A stretch of 64,000 nt of DNA from Fidelibacterota bacterium SCGC AAA298-D23. Lineage in GTDB: Bacteria; Fidelibacterota; Marinisomatia; Marinisomatales; Marinisomataceae. The DNA is taken from assembly GCA_000402655.1 (NCBI GenBank), contig AQSI01000001.1:46760-110759 (forward strand), in the 5' to 3' direction. Shown here in pieces: positions 1-10,648 of this stretch (within the stretch, counting starts at the first letter, position 1; every line of letters starts with the position of its first letter). The position numbers and the translations under genes were made by a program. The notes beneath the pieces were generated by a model. It did no database searches and had not been told where the DNA came from. It saw only the letters and a program-made list of their open reading frames with translations.

Positions 1-1343
1 CACTTAATAAATATTTACTTAAACAATCCTTCATTCCATTTGTACTATCTGTCGCAGTAATTACTACTGTACTTTTTTTACAATTTCTTATAAGGGCAGT
101 TGATCGCTTTTTAGGAAAAGGGTTAGACGCGATAACAATATTTGAGTACTTATATTTAAATCTCGCATGGATTATAGCTTTATCTGTACCAATGTCTCTT
201 TTAATATCAAGTGTAATGACGTTTGGAAGAATGGCACAACAAAATGAAATTACTGCATTAAAATCTGCTGGTGTGAATCTTTATAATATAATCAAGCCTG
301 CAATATGGTTTGGTTCTTTGGTTGCTATTGGATTATGTCTTTTTAATAATTTCATTTTACCTGAAATGAATTATAATGCACGTCTTCTTGCAAAAGATAT
401 TTATAAGAAAAAGCCTGAATTATCCATTGAGCCTGGATATTTCGTTGATATGATTCCCCAGTATACTATGATTGTAAAAGAAATGGATGGTAAAAATTTT
501 AAAGATGTTAAAATTTTTAGTAAAAATAATGATTCTGAGCAAACTACAATTTATGCTAATGAAGGCATACTCTCATCAAATGGAAATACGATTACAATCA
601 ATTTAAGTGATGGTGAAATTCATGAAATAGACCTTTCAGATTATGATTACTACAGAAAAATAAAATATAAAACTCATCAAATAATTATTTCTATGGATGA
701 CTTAATGTTAAATAGAACAAGTGAGTCAAATCGTTCGGATAGAGAAATGAGAGTTCCACAAATGATTCAAGAAATAGAGAAAAATAAAGGTTTAATCTCA
801 CAAATTTATGATAGGATTGATAAAGTGAAAGAACAAATAGGTATTACAAACCCTAACGCAAATTCACTGGCGATAATAGAAAATGAAATTGAGCTTTTAA
901 AACAATTGAAAAATAATGTAGTAAAAGAGGAAAGAGATTATAATGAAGATGTACCAATTTCTGCATTTGAAAATAAGGACTACATTTTATCTCTTACAAA
1001 TAATGCAAGACAGTTTAAAAATGAATTTACTTTAATTGAAAATTATGAAAAGACTAATAATAAATTCAAAGTAGAGATTCATAAAAAATTTACTCTAGCA
1101 CTAGCATGTATTCTTTTTACCATGGTAGGTGCACCACTTGGAATTCTTGTCCGCAATGGAGGAATGACTATAGCCTCAGGTTTAAGCATAGCATTCTTTT
1201 TAGTGTATTATATTTTACTCATATGGGGTGAACAATTAGCTGATCGAAGTCTTTTAAACCCTGGATTAGGCTCTTGGCTCCCAAATATTGTTCTTTTTAT
1301 TAGCGGAATAATAGTTCTTAAACTATCAAACGAAAAAAATTAA
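1..1343 (+). CDS. LptF/LptG-family LPS export permease (5' end cut by window edge)
   Basis: ORF 192..1343 stays open in the same frame back to nt 3 (LNKYLLKQSFIPFVLSVAVITTVLFLQFLIRAVDRFLGKGL...), a typical YjgP/YjgQ N-terminus. The FGRMAQQNEITALKSAG loop and the C-terminal TM bundle fit the family. The periplasmic domain carries a long coiled-coil-like insert. Confidence 0.75.
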   Translation, partial: LNKYLLKQSFIPFVLSVAVITTVLFLQFLIRAVDRFLGKGLDAITIFEYLYLNLAWIIALSVPMSLLISSVMTFGRMAQQNEITALKSAGVNLYNIIKPAIWFGSLVAIGLCLFNNFILPEMNYNARLLAKDIYKKKPELSIEPGYFVDMIPQYTMIVKEMDGKNFKDVKIFSKNNDSEQTTIYANEGILSSNGNTITINLSDGEIHEIDLSDYDYYRKIKYKTHQIIISMDDLMLNRTSESNRSDREMRVPQMIQEIEKNKGLISQIYDRIDKVKEQIGITNPNANSLAIIENEIELLKQLKNNVVKEERDYNEDVPISAFENKDYILSLTNNARQFKNEFTLIENYEKTNNKFKVEIHKKFTLALACILFTMVGAPLGILVRNGGMTIASGLSIAFFLVYYILLIWGEQLADRSLLNPGLGSWLPNIVLFISGIIVLKLSNEKN

Positions 1344-1344
1344 T

Positions 1345-3426
1345 TTACTGAGGAACGTTAGATCGAAGAAAATACTCTTTCTCCAAATTTTTAGTTCTGT
1401 TAGTTGGTAATTGTTTTGTGTCAGAATCGATTTCAACTTCGACAACTCCATCTGGTACTTCGAATGTATCTTTTGAAATGTTTAGTTCATTATGAGCATT
1501 TTTCATAAATGAAGCCCAAGCTGGAAGTGCAGCAACCCCACCGTATTGACCATCACCTAAACTTACAGAATATTCATCAATTCCATACCATACCCCAGCA
1601 GTAATATTAGGTGTGAATCCAACAAACCAGGCATCGCTCAAGTTTTGAGTTGTTCCAGTTTTACCACCAGCTGGGTGTCTAAATTTATATTTCCATCTTA
1701 AACTTCCTCCGGTGCCGCTATCGACTACTGACTGAAGCAAATTTGTTACCATGTAAGCAGTTTCTGGACTTAAAACTTCTTTCTGATCTATTGAATATTC
1801 TTTAATAATTCTACCATACTTATCTTCAATTCTCGTTATAGCAATTGGGCTAGAATAAATTCCTTTATTAGCAAAAGTAGAATATGAAGCCACAATCTCA
1901 ATTGGCTTTACTTCTGAAGTACCAAGAGCTATAGAATCAACTGCTCTAATAGGAGTTGTGATTTGCATTCGTTGTGCAATGTCTTTTACTTGCCTTGGAG
2001 GAACAAGTTCTTGGACCATTCTAACTGAAATTAAATTTAGAGATTTTTGAAGACCTTCCCTAAGTGTTGTCAATCCTCCAGTACTTTTATCATAGTTACC
2101 AGGCGTCCACTTTTCTCTTTCGCCTTTTGCATTATTCCTATACAAAGCAACTGGTTGATTTAAAAGTTGTGTTGTTACAGGATAATTATTATCTATCGCT
2201 GCAGTATATATATAAGGCTTGAAGACGGAACCCGGTTGTCTTAAAGCTTGAGTAGCACGATTAAATTCATCAGGATAATCTGATCTTCCACCGATCATTG
2301 CTAAAATCTCACCTGTTTTAGTATCCAATGCAATAAAAGCACACTGCACTAGAAGTTCTTTCCGAAGCTCTTCATACAATTCTACTTGTCCCTCTAACAT
2401 CATTTTCACAGAATCAGCATCAAAAATTGATAAGTAGGCAAGTTGTGAGAATTTTTCCTTATTGGCAAAAAGTTGGCGATTAAATTCGTCTTGATTTTTT
2501 TTCAATGTTTGCATTACAGAGTCTTCAGCTATTTTCTGTAATCTGTAATCAAGGGTTGTATGTATTTTTAATCCATCTTGGTAAATATTAATTCCTAATT
2601 GTTCATCCTGTTGTTCCAAAATCCTTCTAACATGTTCTGCAAAATATGGGGCTTTCCCTTTAGGTATTTCATAATAAATATTATCAGGAACTATACTATT
2701 ATGCTCCATGTAATCTTGATAGGATATAAAATCTTGATTGTACATTAACTTTAAGACTATTGATCTTCTTCCTATCGCTTTATTCAGGTTTCTAAGTGGA
2801 GAATAATTTGCTGGTGAAGGAAGAAGTCCGACTAACATTGCTGACTCACCTATAGTTAAATCAGATGCATTTTTATTGAAAAATCTTTTCGCTGCTGACT
2901 CAGCTCCATATGTTCCGTGACCGAAATGAACTGTATTTAAGTACATTTCAAGTATTTCATCTTTAGTATAAGTTCGTTCAATTTGAATAGCTGTTATCAT
3001 TTCTTTTAATTTTCGGGTGATACTATCTTTGAATCCAACTTCTTTGTAAAGATTTCTAGCTAACTGCTGAGAAAGCGTACTAAATCCTTGACGAAAACTC
3101 ATTGATGAAATATTTACAACCACAGCCCTAAAGAAGCTTTGTAAATCAACCCCCCAATGGGAGTAAAACCTTTTATCTTCTGAAGCTATAGCAGCATTTT
3201 TTAAATGTTCTGGCATATCCTCTATATCAACAAAAACTCTTTTCTGAATATAAAATTCCCCAATGACTTCTCCATTTCTATCATATAAAGTAGATAGCAT
3301 AGCCGGATCAAAAGTTTCTAATCGCTCCAAAGAAGGCAAATCTCTTGATAAGTAAAAGACATATACTAAGACTAGTATAAATAAATAAAAAATTATTCTT
3401 AATGATGAAAGAATTGTTCTAATCAT
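1345..3426 (-). CDS. mrcA: Class A penicillin-binding protein 1A (glycosyltransferase + transpeptidase)
   Basis: 693 aa with an N-terminal TM anchor, the GT51 motif EDKRFYSHWGVD and the transpeptidase SxxK motif (GSVFKPYIY). Start overlaps the fumC stop (ATGA). Confidence 0.9.
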   Translation of the reverse strand: MIRTILSSLRIIFYLFILVLVYVFYLSRDLPSLERLETFDPAMLSTLYDRNGEVIGEFYIQKRVFVDIEDMPEHLKNAAIASEDKRFYSHWGVDLQSFFRAVVVNISSMSFRQGFSTLSQQLARNLYKEVGFKDSITRKLKEMITAIQIERTYTKDEILEMYLNTVHFGHGTYGAESAAKRFFNKNASDLTIGESAMLVGLLPSPANYSPLRNLNKAIGRRSIVLKLMYNQDFISYQDYMEHNSIVPDNIYYEIPKGKAPYFAEHVRRILEQQDEQLGINIYQDGLKIHTTLDYRLQKIAEDSVMQTLKKNQDEFNRQLFANKEKFSQLAYLSIFDADSVKMMLEGQVELYEELRKELLVQCAFIALDTKTGEILAMIGGRSDYPDEFNRATQALRQPGSVFKPYIYTAAIDNNYPVTTQLLNQPVALYRNNAKGEREKWTPGNYDKSTGGLTTLREGLQKSLNLISVRMVQELVPPRQVKDIAQRMQITTPIRAVDSIALGTSEVKPIEIVASYSTFANKGIYSSPIAITRIEDKYGRIIKEYSIDQKEVLSPETAYMVTNLLQSVVDSGTGGSLRWKYKFRHPAGGKTGTTQNLSDAWFVGFTPNITAGVWYGIDEYSVSLGDGQYGGVAALPAWASFMKNAHNELNISKDTFEVPDGVVEVEIDSDTKQLPTNRTKNLEKEYFLRSNVPQ

Positions 3427-4820
3427 GCTTTTTTGGGTGTAACCATTAATTCTGGTTTAACAATTTTATCAAATTCTTGTTCCGATAAATGTCCCAAAGC
3501 TTTTGCACTTTGTTTAAGAGAAATATTTTCTTTAAGTGCTTTTTTAGCAATTTCAGCTGCCTTTTCATAGCCAATTTTTGGAGCAAGTGCAGTTACTAAC
3601 ATTAAAGATTTATCTAAATTTTCTTTGATTTTCTTTTCATTAGCTTTTATTCCATCAAGCGCATTAATTGTAAAAGATTCAGCAACTTCAGTAAGTAATG
3701 ATATTGATTCGTGAATTGATGAAGCAATAATTGGTCTATAAGTATTGAGTTCAAAATTACCATTAGTACCTGCGTAATTTATTGTAGTATCATTTCCTAA
3801 AATTTGAGCATAAACCATATTTACAGCTTCGCACTGCGTTGGATTAACTTTTCCAGGCATTATTGAACTACCTGGCTCATTAGTTGGGAGAATTAATTCT
3901 CCAATTCCAGCCATTGGTCCACATGCTAACCAACGGATATCATTTGCAATTTTATTTAATGATCCTGCACAAATTCTAATCTGAGCTGATAAGTTAGATA
4001 TTGCATTTTGAGATGATAATAATTCAAATTTATTCTTACATACATTAAATGAAAGACCTGTGTCTTCAGATATAAATGAACACATTAGCTCATCAAAGCC
4101 ACTGAGAGTATTAATTCCAGTCCCAACAGCTGTACCACCAACAGGTAAATCGCTACATTCTTTTAGTGCGTGCTTTATTCTTGAAATATCATTTTTAATC
4201 ATAGATGCATATCCTGAAAATTCTTGGCCTAATCGTATCGGCGTTGCATCCTGAAGATGAGTCCTCCCAACTTTAATTATTTTGTGAAATTCTCTCGATT
4301 TAACAACCAAAGACTTCTCCAATAAAGAAAGTGCAGGAAGTAAATTATCTTGAGATGATATCACGCTTCCAATTAAAATTGCTGTTGGAAAAGTATCATT
4401 TGTAGATTGTGACATGTTTACATGATCATTTGGATGAACAAACTTGTAGGAACCTAACTTAGCACCAAGAATTTCATTGGCTTTGTTTGCGACCACTTCA
4501 TTAACGTTCATATTTGTTTGAGTACCACTTCCAGTTTGAAAAACCGGTACTGGGAAATCATTTAAATATTGCTTAGGGTTATCTAAAATATGATTGCATG
4601 CTTTAATAATTGCATCAGAAATTTTTTTTGAAAGATTTTTTTGAGCATAATTTGTCTTTGCCGCACATTTTTTTACTATGATATAAGGAAGAATTAAGCT
4701 GAATTCCATGGACCATCCGATTTCGAAATTTTGAATTGCTCTTTGAGTTTGAGCACCATAATATGCTTTCGAAGGAACTTTTATTTCACCAATGCTGTCT
4801 CGCTCAATCCTGAAGGACAT
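3423..4820 (-). CDS. fumC: Class II fumarate hydratase
   Basis: 465 aa with the fumarate-lyase signature GSSIMPGKVNPTQCE. Full-length FumC-like sequence. Confidence 0.95.
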   Translation of the reverse strand: MSFRIERDSIGEIKVPSKAYYGAQTQRAIQNFEIGWSMEFSLILPYIIVKKCAAKTNYAQKNLSKKISDAIIKACNHILDNPKQYLNDFPVPVFQTGSGTQTNMNVNEVVANKANEILGAKLGSYKFVHPNDHVNMSQSTNDTFPTAILIGSVISSQDNLLPALSLLEKSLVVKSREFHKIIKVGRTHLQDATPIRLGQEFSGYASMIKNDISRIKHALKECSDLPVGGTAVGTGINTLSGFDELMCSFISEDTGLSFNVCKNKFELLSSQNAISNLSAQIRICAGSLNKIANDIRWLACGPMAGIGELILPTNEPGSSIMPGKVNPTQCEAVNMVYAQILGNDTTINYAGTNGNFELNTYRPIIASSIHESISLLTEVAESFTINALDGIKANEKKIKENLDKSLMLVTALAPKIGYEKAAEIAKKALKENISLKQSAKALGHLSEQEFDKIVKPELMVTPKKA

Positions 4821-5833
4821 TATTTTACCTCCCAGGTATCTCCAGCGTTAAGTAAATCGTTAACACTTTTTGGACCTTTAGTATTTTTTTCTGCTTCTTT
4901 CATCTGCTCTACCATCAAATCATCATAAGTAGGCCTCTCAACACAATATAATACTCCCAAAGGTTCTGGGAAAGTATCACTTGCAGTAAAATTAGAAAGC
5001 ATATCTCCAATGAAAGCATCGGTTTCATCATGAACTAAAATATCATCTATTGAATGTTTATCTCCAATTGTAACTACCTGAGGTTTGATTCCATCAAGAT
5101 GAATTCCTTTATTATTTTCTTTACCAAAAATCATTGGTTCACCGTGCTCAACTTTCAAAACTCTTTCGGACTTAGTTTCTTTATCAGTTAATTCTGAGAA
5201 AGCACCATCATTAAAAATATTACAATTTTGATAAATCTCAATAAAAGAAGTTCCGCGATGCTCGCTTGCTCTTTTTATCATGCTTTGTAAGTGTTTTAAA
5301 TCTCTATCAATAGTTTTAGCAACAAATGCACCTCTAGCACCTAAAGCTAATTTTGTTGGATTAAATGGATAGTCTAATGATCCCATCGGTGTGGAATAAG
5401 TTATTTTACCTTGTTCTGAAGTCGGAGAATATTGCCCTTTTGTTAATCCATAAATTCGATTATTAAATAACATGACATTTAAATCAACATTTCTCCTCAA
5501 AAGATGAATCATATGATTTCCACCAATTGAAAACCCATCACCATCTCCAGTAACAAGCCAAACAGATAGATCTGGATTTGAAATTTTTAATCCACTCGCT
5601 ACTGTTGGAGCTCTTCCATGAATGGTATGAAATCCGTAAGTATTCATATAATATGGGAATCGGCTTGAACAACCAATACCTGAAATAAATACAACTTTCT
5701 CTTTTTCAGTAGTTATTTCAGGAAAAATTTTTTGAGTTTGGGCGAGAATTGCATAATCTCCACACCCTGGACACCATCTAACTGCCTGATCCGATTCAAA
5801 ATCAGCTTTTTTCAATATTGGTTTATCAACCAT
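4820..5833 (-). CDS. korB: 2-oxoglutarate:ferredoxin oxidoreductase, beta (TPP-binding) subunit
   Basis: 337 aa with the N-terminal WCPGCGDYAIL motif and the GDGD TPP-binding region. Overlaps korA by 8 nt. Confidence 0.9.
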   Translation of the reverse strand: MVDKPILKKADFESDQAVRWCPGCGDYAILAQTQKIFPEITTEKEKVVFISGIGCSSRFPYYMNTYGFHTIHGRAPTVASGLKISNPDLSVWLVTGDGDGFSIGGNHMIHLLRRNVDLNVMLFNNRIYGLTKGQYSPTSEQGKITYSTPMGSLDYPFNPTKLALGARGAFVAKTIDRDLKHLQSMIKRASEHRGTSFIEIYQNCNIFNDGAFSELTDKETKSERVLKVEHGEPMIFGKENNKGIHLDGIKPQVVTIGDKHSIDDILVHDETDAFIGDMLSNFTASDTFPEPLGVLYCVERPTYDDLMVEQMKEAEKNTKGPKSVNDLLNAGDTWEVK

Positions 5834-7685
5834 TGATTAAATCCTTTACTTTTTCTTCAATTTTTGATGCACCAAGAGGTTTTCCTTGAACTTCATTTAG
5901 TCCAATTGCATCAACTAAATATTCTGCTCTTATAATTTGTCTAAATTGTCCTGTATTGACTTCTGGAATTAAAACTTTCTTATAATTATTCAATATTTCA
6001 CCCAAGTCTTTAGGTAAAGGAGAAATCCAATTAATTGAAACATGACCAACCTTAAGATTTTCAGATAATAAAGATTCTGTGGCAGCTCTACAGGCACCAT
6101 GAGAACTTCCCCAACTTAAGATCAGTACATCTCCACTTTTTTCACCAAAAACTTTTGTTTCAGGAAGCTCATTAGCGATATTTGCAATTTTTTGAGCTCT
6201 AATCTGAACCATTTTTTGATGATTATCAGAATCATAATTCACGTTTCCAGTAACATCTTGCTTTTCTAGCCCTCCGATTCTGTGTTCTAAGCCCTTTGTG
6301 CCAGGTATTGCCCAGCTTCTAGCTAAAGTTTCCTCGTCTCTTTTGTAGGGAAGAAATTGTTCGTCTTTATTTTCTTGAGCGAACTCAACCTTAAATTCTT
6401 CTAATTTATTTGGATCAGGTATAAGCCAAGGTTCGGAACCATTGACTAAATACCCATCTGACAATACCATTACAGGTGTCATATATTTAACAGCTAACCT
6501 ACATGCTTCATAGGTTGCAAAAAAGCAATCACCTGGGGTAGTTGGTGCAATGACGGGGATCGGCGCTTCGCCATTTCTTCCATAGACAGCTTGAAATAAA
6601 TCTGACTGTTCTGTCTTTGTTGGCAAACCTGTACTTGGACCACCTCTTTGAACATTGATAACTACCAAAGGTAGTTCTGTCATTACTGCCAATCCTAAAA
6701 ATTCTGTTTTAAGTGCAATACCAGGACCAGAAGAAGCTGTAATTCCAAGGGCCCCACCATAAGAAGCTCCTAAAGCTGCACCTATTCCAGCAATTTCGTC
6801 TTCTGCTTGGTAAGTTTTTATTCCAAACTGCTTCCAATTAGAAAGTGTATGTAAAATATTACTTGCAGGTGTAATTGGATAGCCTGCAAAGGTGATACCT
6901 AAATTACTTTTTTCAGCAGCAGTCAAAATACCCAAACACGAAGCAAGTGTTCCATTCATATTTCTATATTTACCCTTCGGAAGTTTTGCTTTTTCAACGA
7001 TAAATCTTGTAGTAAATATTTCGGCTGTATCCCCATAATTATATCCAGCATTTAAAGCTCTAACATTTGCCTCAATAATATCAGGCTTTGATTTAAATTT
7101 TTGATTTAGCCAGTCGATTGTAGGCTCAAGGGGTCTATCATACATCCAAAATAAAACTCCAAGTGCACATAAATTTTTTGTACGATCAACCATTTTTGAT
7201 GGTATGTCAATTCCTTCACATGCATTGGTAACAAGCTTCCCCATTTCGATAAAATGTGTAGAATAGTAATCAACAAGTGATCCATCCTCCGTAGGATCAT
7301 CTTCATATCCTGCTAATGTCAAATTTTTCTTTGTAAAAGCATTTTTGTTTACAATTAAAGTACCACCTGGTACTAAATCTTTTAAGTGTACTTTTAATGC
7401 AGCAGGATTCATTGCAACCAAAACGTCGGGTTTTTCACCGGGGGTGTGAATTTCCTGTGAGCTAAAATGGATTTGGAAAGAACTAACACCTGCCAAAGAA
7501 CCTGCAGGAGCACGAATTTCTGCTGGAAAATCAGGTAGAGTACTTAAATCGTTTCCAACAACAGCAGAAGTTTGTGTAAATCTTCCACCACTCAACTGCA
7601 TACCATCTCCAGAGTCACCTGCAAATCTAATTGTAACATTGTCGATTGTTTTGTTGCTTACATTTTTAGCCATTTTTTTCTCCAA
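5826..7685 (-). CDS. korA: 2-oxoglutarate:ferredoxin oxidoreductase, alpha subunit (fused gamma/alpha type)
   Basis: 619 aa with the two-domain 2-oxoacid:ferredoxin oxidoreductase layout. Lies directly upstream of korB. Confidence 0.9.
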   Translation of the reverse strand: MEKKMAKNVSNKTIDNVTIRFAGDSGDGMQLSGGRFTQTSAVVGNDLSTLPDFPAEIRAPAGSLAGVSSFQIHFSSQEIHTPGEKPDVLVAMNPAALKVHLKDLVPGGTLIVNKNAFTKKNLTLAGYEDDPTEDGSLVDYYSTHFIEMGKLVTNACEGIDIPSKMVDRTKNLCALGVLFWMYDRPLEPTIDWLNQKFKSKPDIIEANVRALNAGYNYGDTAEIFTTRFIVEKAKLPKGKYRNMNGTLASCLGILTAAEKSNLGITFAGYPITPASNILHTLSNWKQFGIKTYQAEDEIAGIGAALGASYGGALGITASSGPGIALKTEFLGLAVMTELPLVVINVQRGGPSTGLPTKTEQSDLFQAVYGRNGEAPIPVIAPTTPGDCFFATYEACRLAVKYMTPVMVLSDGYLVNGSEPWLIPDPNKLEEFKVEFAQENKDEQFLPYKRDEETLARSWAIPGTKGLEHRIGGLEKQDVTGNVNYDSDNHQKMVQIRAQKIANIANELPETKVFGEKSGDVLILSWGSSHGACRAATESLLSENLKVGHVSINWISPLPKDLGEILNNYKKVLIPEVNTGQFRQIIRAEYLVDAIGLNEVQGKPLGASKIEEKVKDLING

Positions 7686-7795
7686 ATGAGAAACAATTTA
7701 CATTATGGAATTTAACATAGCAATTAGTATGAAAATTAAAATTTTTCTAAAACTATAGGACATAAATCTTATGGTAATTAAATTCCTTCCCTTAT

Positions 7796-8107
7796 ATGGA
7801 AAACATAAAAAATAATGTGGTTGAAGTACTCAAGCAATGTAATGATCCAGAGCTTCCAATAGACCTGTGGAATCTTGGATTAATTTATGACTTGAAAATT
7901 AATGAAGAGGGTGAAAAATTTTCAGTGGATATTTTAATGTCTCTTACTACTCCCGGCTGTACAATGGGTCAATATATGATTGAAGACATAAAAAGTAAAA
8001 TGTCATCAATTGAATCTATTTCAAGAGTAGATGTGGAGTTAACGTTCGATCCACCATGGAGCCCAGAAATGATGACAGAGGAAGGTAAAGTAAAATTAGG
8101 GTTATAA
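7796..8107 (+). CDS. DUF59/MIP18-type Fe-S assembly protein (short SufT-like)
   Basis: 103 aa with DPELPIDLWNLGLIY and TTPGCTMG motifs. First gene of the suf cluster. Confidence 0.75.
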   Translation: MENIKNNVVEVLKQCNDPELPIDLWNLGLIYDLKINEEGEKFSVDILMSLTTPGCTMGQYMIEDIKSKMSSIESISRVDVELTFDPPWSPEMMTEEGKVKLGL

Positions 8108-8454
8108 TGAACGAAGATCTTAAAAACCAAAAAATTAGCATTACTAAAAAAGCTGCAACTAGGCTAAAAAATATAATTGAGAACGAAGAAACCGATTCAA
8201 AAGGAATTAGAGTTACAATTGATACTGGTGGTTGCTCTGGAATGTCGTATAAAATAACATTTGAAAATGAAAAAAATGAATTTGACAAAGTATTTGACAG
8301 TCATGGCATCACAATATTTTGTGATGTCAAAAGCTGGATTTATGTCAGAGGATGTGAGATAGATTTTTCAACAGACTTACTTAACGGAGGATTTAAAGTT
8401 AATAATCCAAATGCTACAAGAACATGTGGATGCGGGATTAGCTTTTCAGCATAA
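8107..8454 (+). CDS. sufA: A-type Fe-S cluster carrier (SufA/IscA/ErpA family)
   Basis: 115 aa with GGCSGMSY and the C-terminal CGCGISF cysteine triad. Confidence 0.85.
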   Translation: MNEDLKNQKISITKKAATRLKNIIENEETDSKGIRVTIDTGGCSGMSYKITFENEKNEFDKVFDSHGITIFCDVKSWIYVRGCEIDFSTDLLNGGFKVNNPNATRTCGCGISFSA

Positions 8455-8456
8455 TT

Positions 8457-9902
8457 ATGGTAGATAAAAATCAACAGGTAATTGATAAAACTCTTGAACA
8501 AGAGTATAAATACGGATTCACAACAGATATAGATCAAACCAAATTTGATCCGGGCCTTAATGAAGAGGTTATTACTAAACTTTCAAAAATTAAAAATGAA
8601 CCTAAATGGTTGCTTGAATGGAGATTGAAAGCATTTAAGAATTGGAAAAAAATGTCCGAACCAACTTGGGCAAAAATTGAATACGAACCAATCGATTATC
8701 AAGCACTAAGTTATTATGCTGCTCCTAAACAAAAAAAGAATGATAGTCTTGATGATGTCGATCCTGAAATACTGGAAACCTACAATAAGCTTGGTATTTC
8801 CCTTGATGAACAAAAAAGATTAGAGGGTGTAGCTGTTGACGCAGTTTTTGATAGTGTATCAATTGCAACTACATTTAAAGATGAGCTTGCTAAACATGGA
8901 ATTATATTCTGTTCTTTTTCGGAGGCAGTTCACGATCATCCTGAATTAATAAAGAAATATTTGGGCTCTGTTATTCCTGCAACCGATAATTATTTTGCTG
9001 CCTTGAATTCTGCAGTATTTAGTGATGGTTCATTCGTTTACATCCCTAAAGGCGTACGATGCCCAATGGAACTATCTACTTACTTTAGAATCAATGCAAC
9101 CAACACTGGTCAATTTGAGCGTACTCTTATCGTTGCTGATGAAGGTAGTTATGTAAGTTATCTTGAGGGGTGTACAGCACCAATGAGGGACGAAAATCAA
9201 TTGCACGCTGCATGCGTAGAGCTTGTTGCTCATAAAGATGCTACTATCAAATATTCTACAATTCAAAACTGGTATTCCGGAGATAAAGAAGGTAAAGGTG
9301 GTATCTATAATTTTGTAACAAAAAGAGGAACTTGTCTTGGTGATAATTCAAAAATTTCATGGACACAAGTTGAAACTGGCTCTGCAATTACCTGGAAATA
9401 TCCTAGTGTAATTATGCAAGGAGACAATAGTGTTGGTGAATTTTATTCAGTAGCAGTGACAAAGAACAAACAACAAGCTGATACTGGTACAAAAATGATT
9501 CACATGGGTAAAAACACAAAAAGCACTATCATTACAAAAGGTATATCTGCGGGAGAAGGACAAAATACTTATCGCGGTGGAGTTAAAATTTTAAAAAATG
9601 CTGAAAATGCGCAAAATTTTTCACAATGCGATTCAATTCTAATTGGAGATAAATGTGGAGCTCATACGTTTCCATACATTGATGTAAAAAATCCATCAGC
9701 AAAAATGGAACACGAAGCTACTACTTCTAGTATTGGAGAAGATCAACTTTTCTATTGTAATCAAAGAGGTATAAAGCTTGATGATGCTGTTTCAATGATT
9801 GTAAACGGATTCTGTAAAGAAGTTTTTGAAGAACTACCTATGGAATTTGCTGTTGAAGCAAAACAATTGATTGAAGTGACCCTTGAAAATAGTGTAGGAT
9901 AA
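8457..9902 (+). CDS. sufB: Fe-S cluster assembly scaffold SufB
   Basis: 481 aa, full-length SufB-like sequence, followed by sufC and sufD. Confidence 0.95.
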   Translation: MVDKNQQVIDKTLEQEYKYGFTTDIDQTKFDPGLNEEVITKLSKIKNEPKWLLEWRLKAFKNWKKMSEPTWAKIEYEPIDYQALSYYAAPKQKKNDSLDDVDPEILETYNKLGISLDEQKRLEGVAVDAVFDSVSIATTFKDELAKHGIIFCSFSEAVHDHPELIKKYLGSVIPATDNYFAALNSAVFSDGSFVYIPKGVRCPMELSTYFRINATNTGQFERTLIVADEGSYVSYLEGCTAPMRDENQLHAACVELVAHKDATIKYSTIQNWYSGDKEGKGGIYNFVTKRGTCLGDNSKISWTQVETGSAITWKYPSVIMQGDNSVGEFYSVAVTKNKQQADTGTKMIHMGKNTKSTIITKGISAGEGQNTYRGGVKILKNAENAQNFSQCDSILIGDKCGAHTFPYIDVKNPSAKMEHEATTSSIGEDQLFYCNQRGIKLDDAVSMIVNGFCKEVFEELPMEFAVEAKQLIEVTLENSVG

Positions 9903-9906
9903 TAAA

Positions 9907-10647
9907 ATGATTAAAATTAAAAACTTAGAAGCATCGATTGATGATAAAACAATATTAAAAGGTATTGATATGGAAATACCAGCTGGAGAAGTGCATGTAA
10001 TTATGGGCAGAAATGGTTCTGGTAAGAGCACATTGGCTAATGTAATTGCTGGTAATGAAGCTTACGAAGTAGATGGTGGAAGTATTTCAATGAATGATAC
10101 TGATATTACTGAGATGAGCATTGAAAATAGAGCTTTAGAAGGTATTTTTTTATGCTTTCAATACCCCGTTGCTATTCCTGGAGTAGGTATGGCCTATTTC
10201 TTAAGATCAGCATTAAATGCTCATAGAAAACATCAAGGTAAAGATGAAATGGATGCACTAGAATTTTTAAATAATGCTAAAGCCATATTATCAGAGCTAG
10301 GACTTGATGATTCTTTTTTAAAGAGATCAATAAATGACGGATTTTCTGGAGGAGAAAAAAAGAAAAGTGAAATACTTCAACTCCTAACTATAAATCCAAA
10401 GTTAGCAGTTTTAGATGAAACTGATTCGGGATTAGATGTTGATGCATTAAGAACAGTTGCTAAAGGTGTTAATAAGTTTAAAAATGACAATAATTCTGTA
10501 TTAATTATCACCCACTATCAGCGCTTACTCAACTACATTAAACCTGATGTAGTTCATTTAATGATTGATGGAAAAATTGTTGAGTCTGGAGATATGTCAC
10601 TCGTAGAAAAAGTTGAAAAAGATGGATATTCTTGGTTAGAGAAATAA
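9907..10647 (+). CDS. sufC: Fe-S cluster assembly ATPase SufC
   Basis: 246 aa with Walker A GRNGSGKST, ABC signature FSGGEKKK and Walker B LAVLDETDSGLD. Confidence 0.95.
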   Translation: MIKIKNLEASIDDKTILKGIDMEIPAGEVHVIMGRNGSGKSTLANVIAGNEAYEVDGGSISMNDTDITEMSIENRALEGIFLCFQYPVAIPGVGMAYFLRSALNAHRKHQGKDEMDALEFLNNAKAILSELGLDDSFLKRSINDGFSGGEKKKSEILQLLTINPKLAVLDETDSGLDVDALRTVAKGVNKFKNDNNSVLIITHYQRLLNYIKPDVVHLMIDGKIVESGDMSLVEKVEKDGYSWLEK

Positions 10648-10648
10648 A

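Noticed and set aside
7686-7795. Fur/IscR-type operator or clear promoter in the korA-suf divergent spacer
   Set aside because: Only weak A/T-rich partial matches are present (for example TTAACA with a 19-nt spacer to TAAAAT). No convincing dyad was found.
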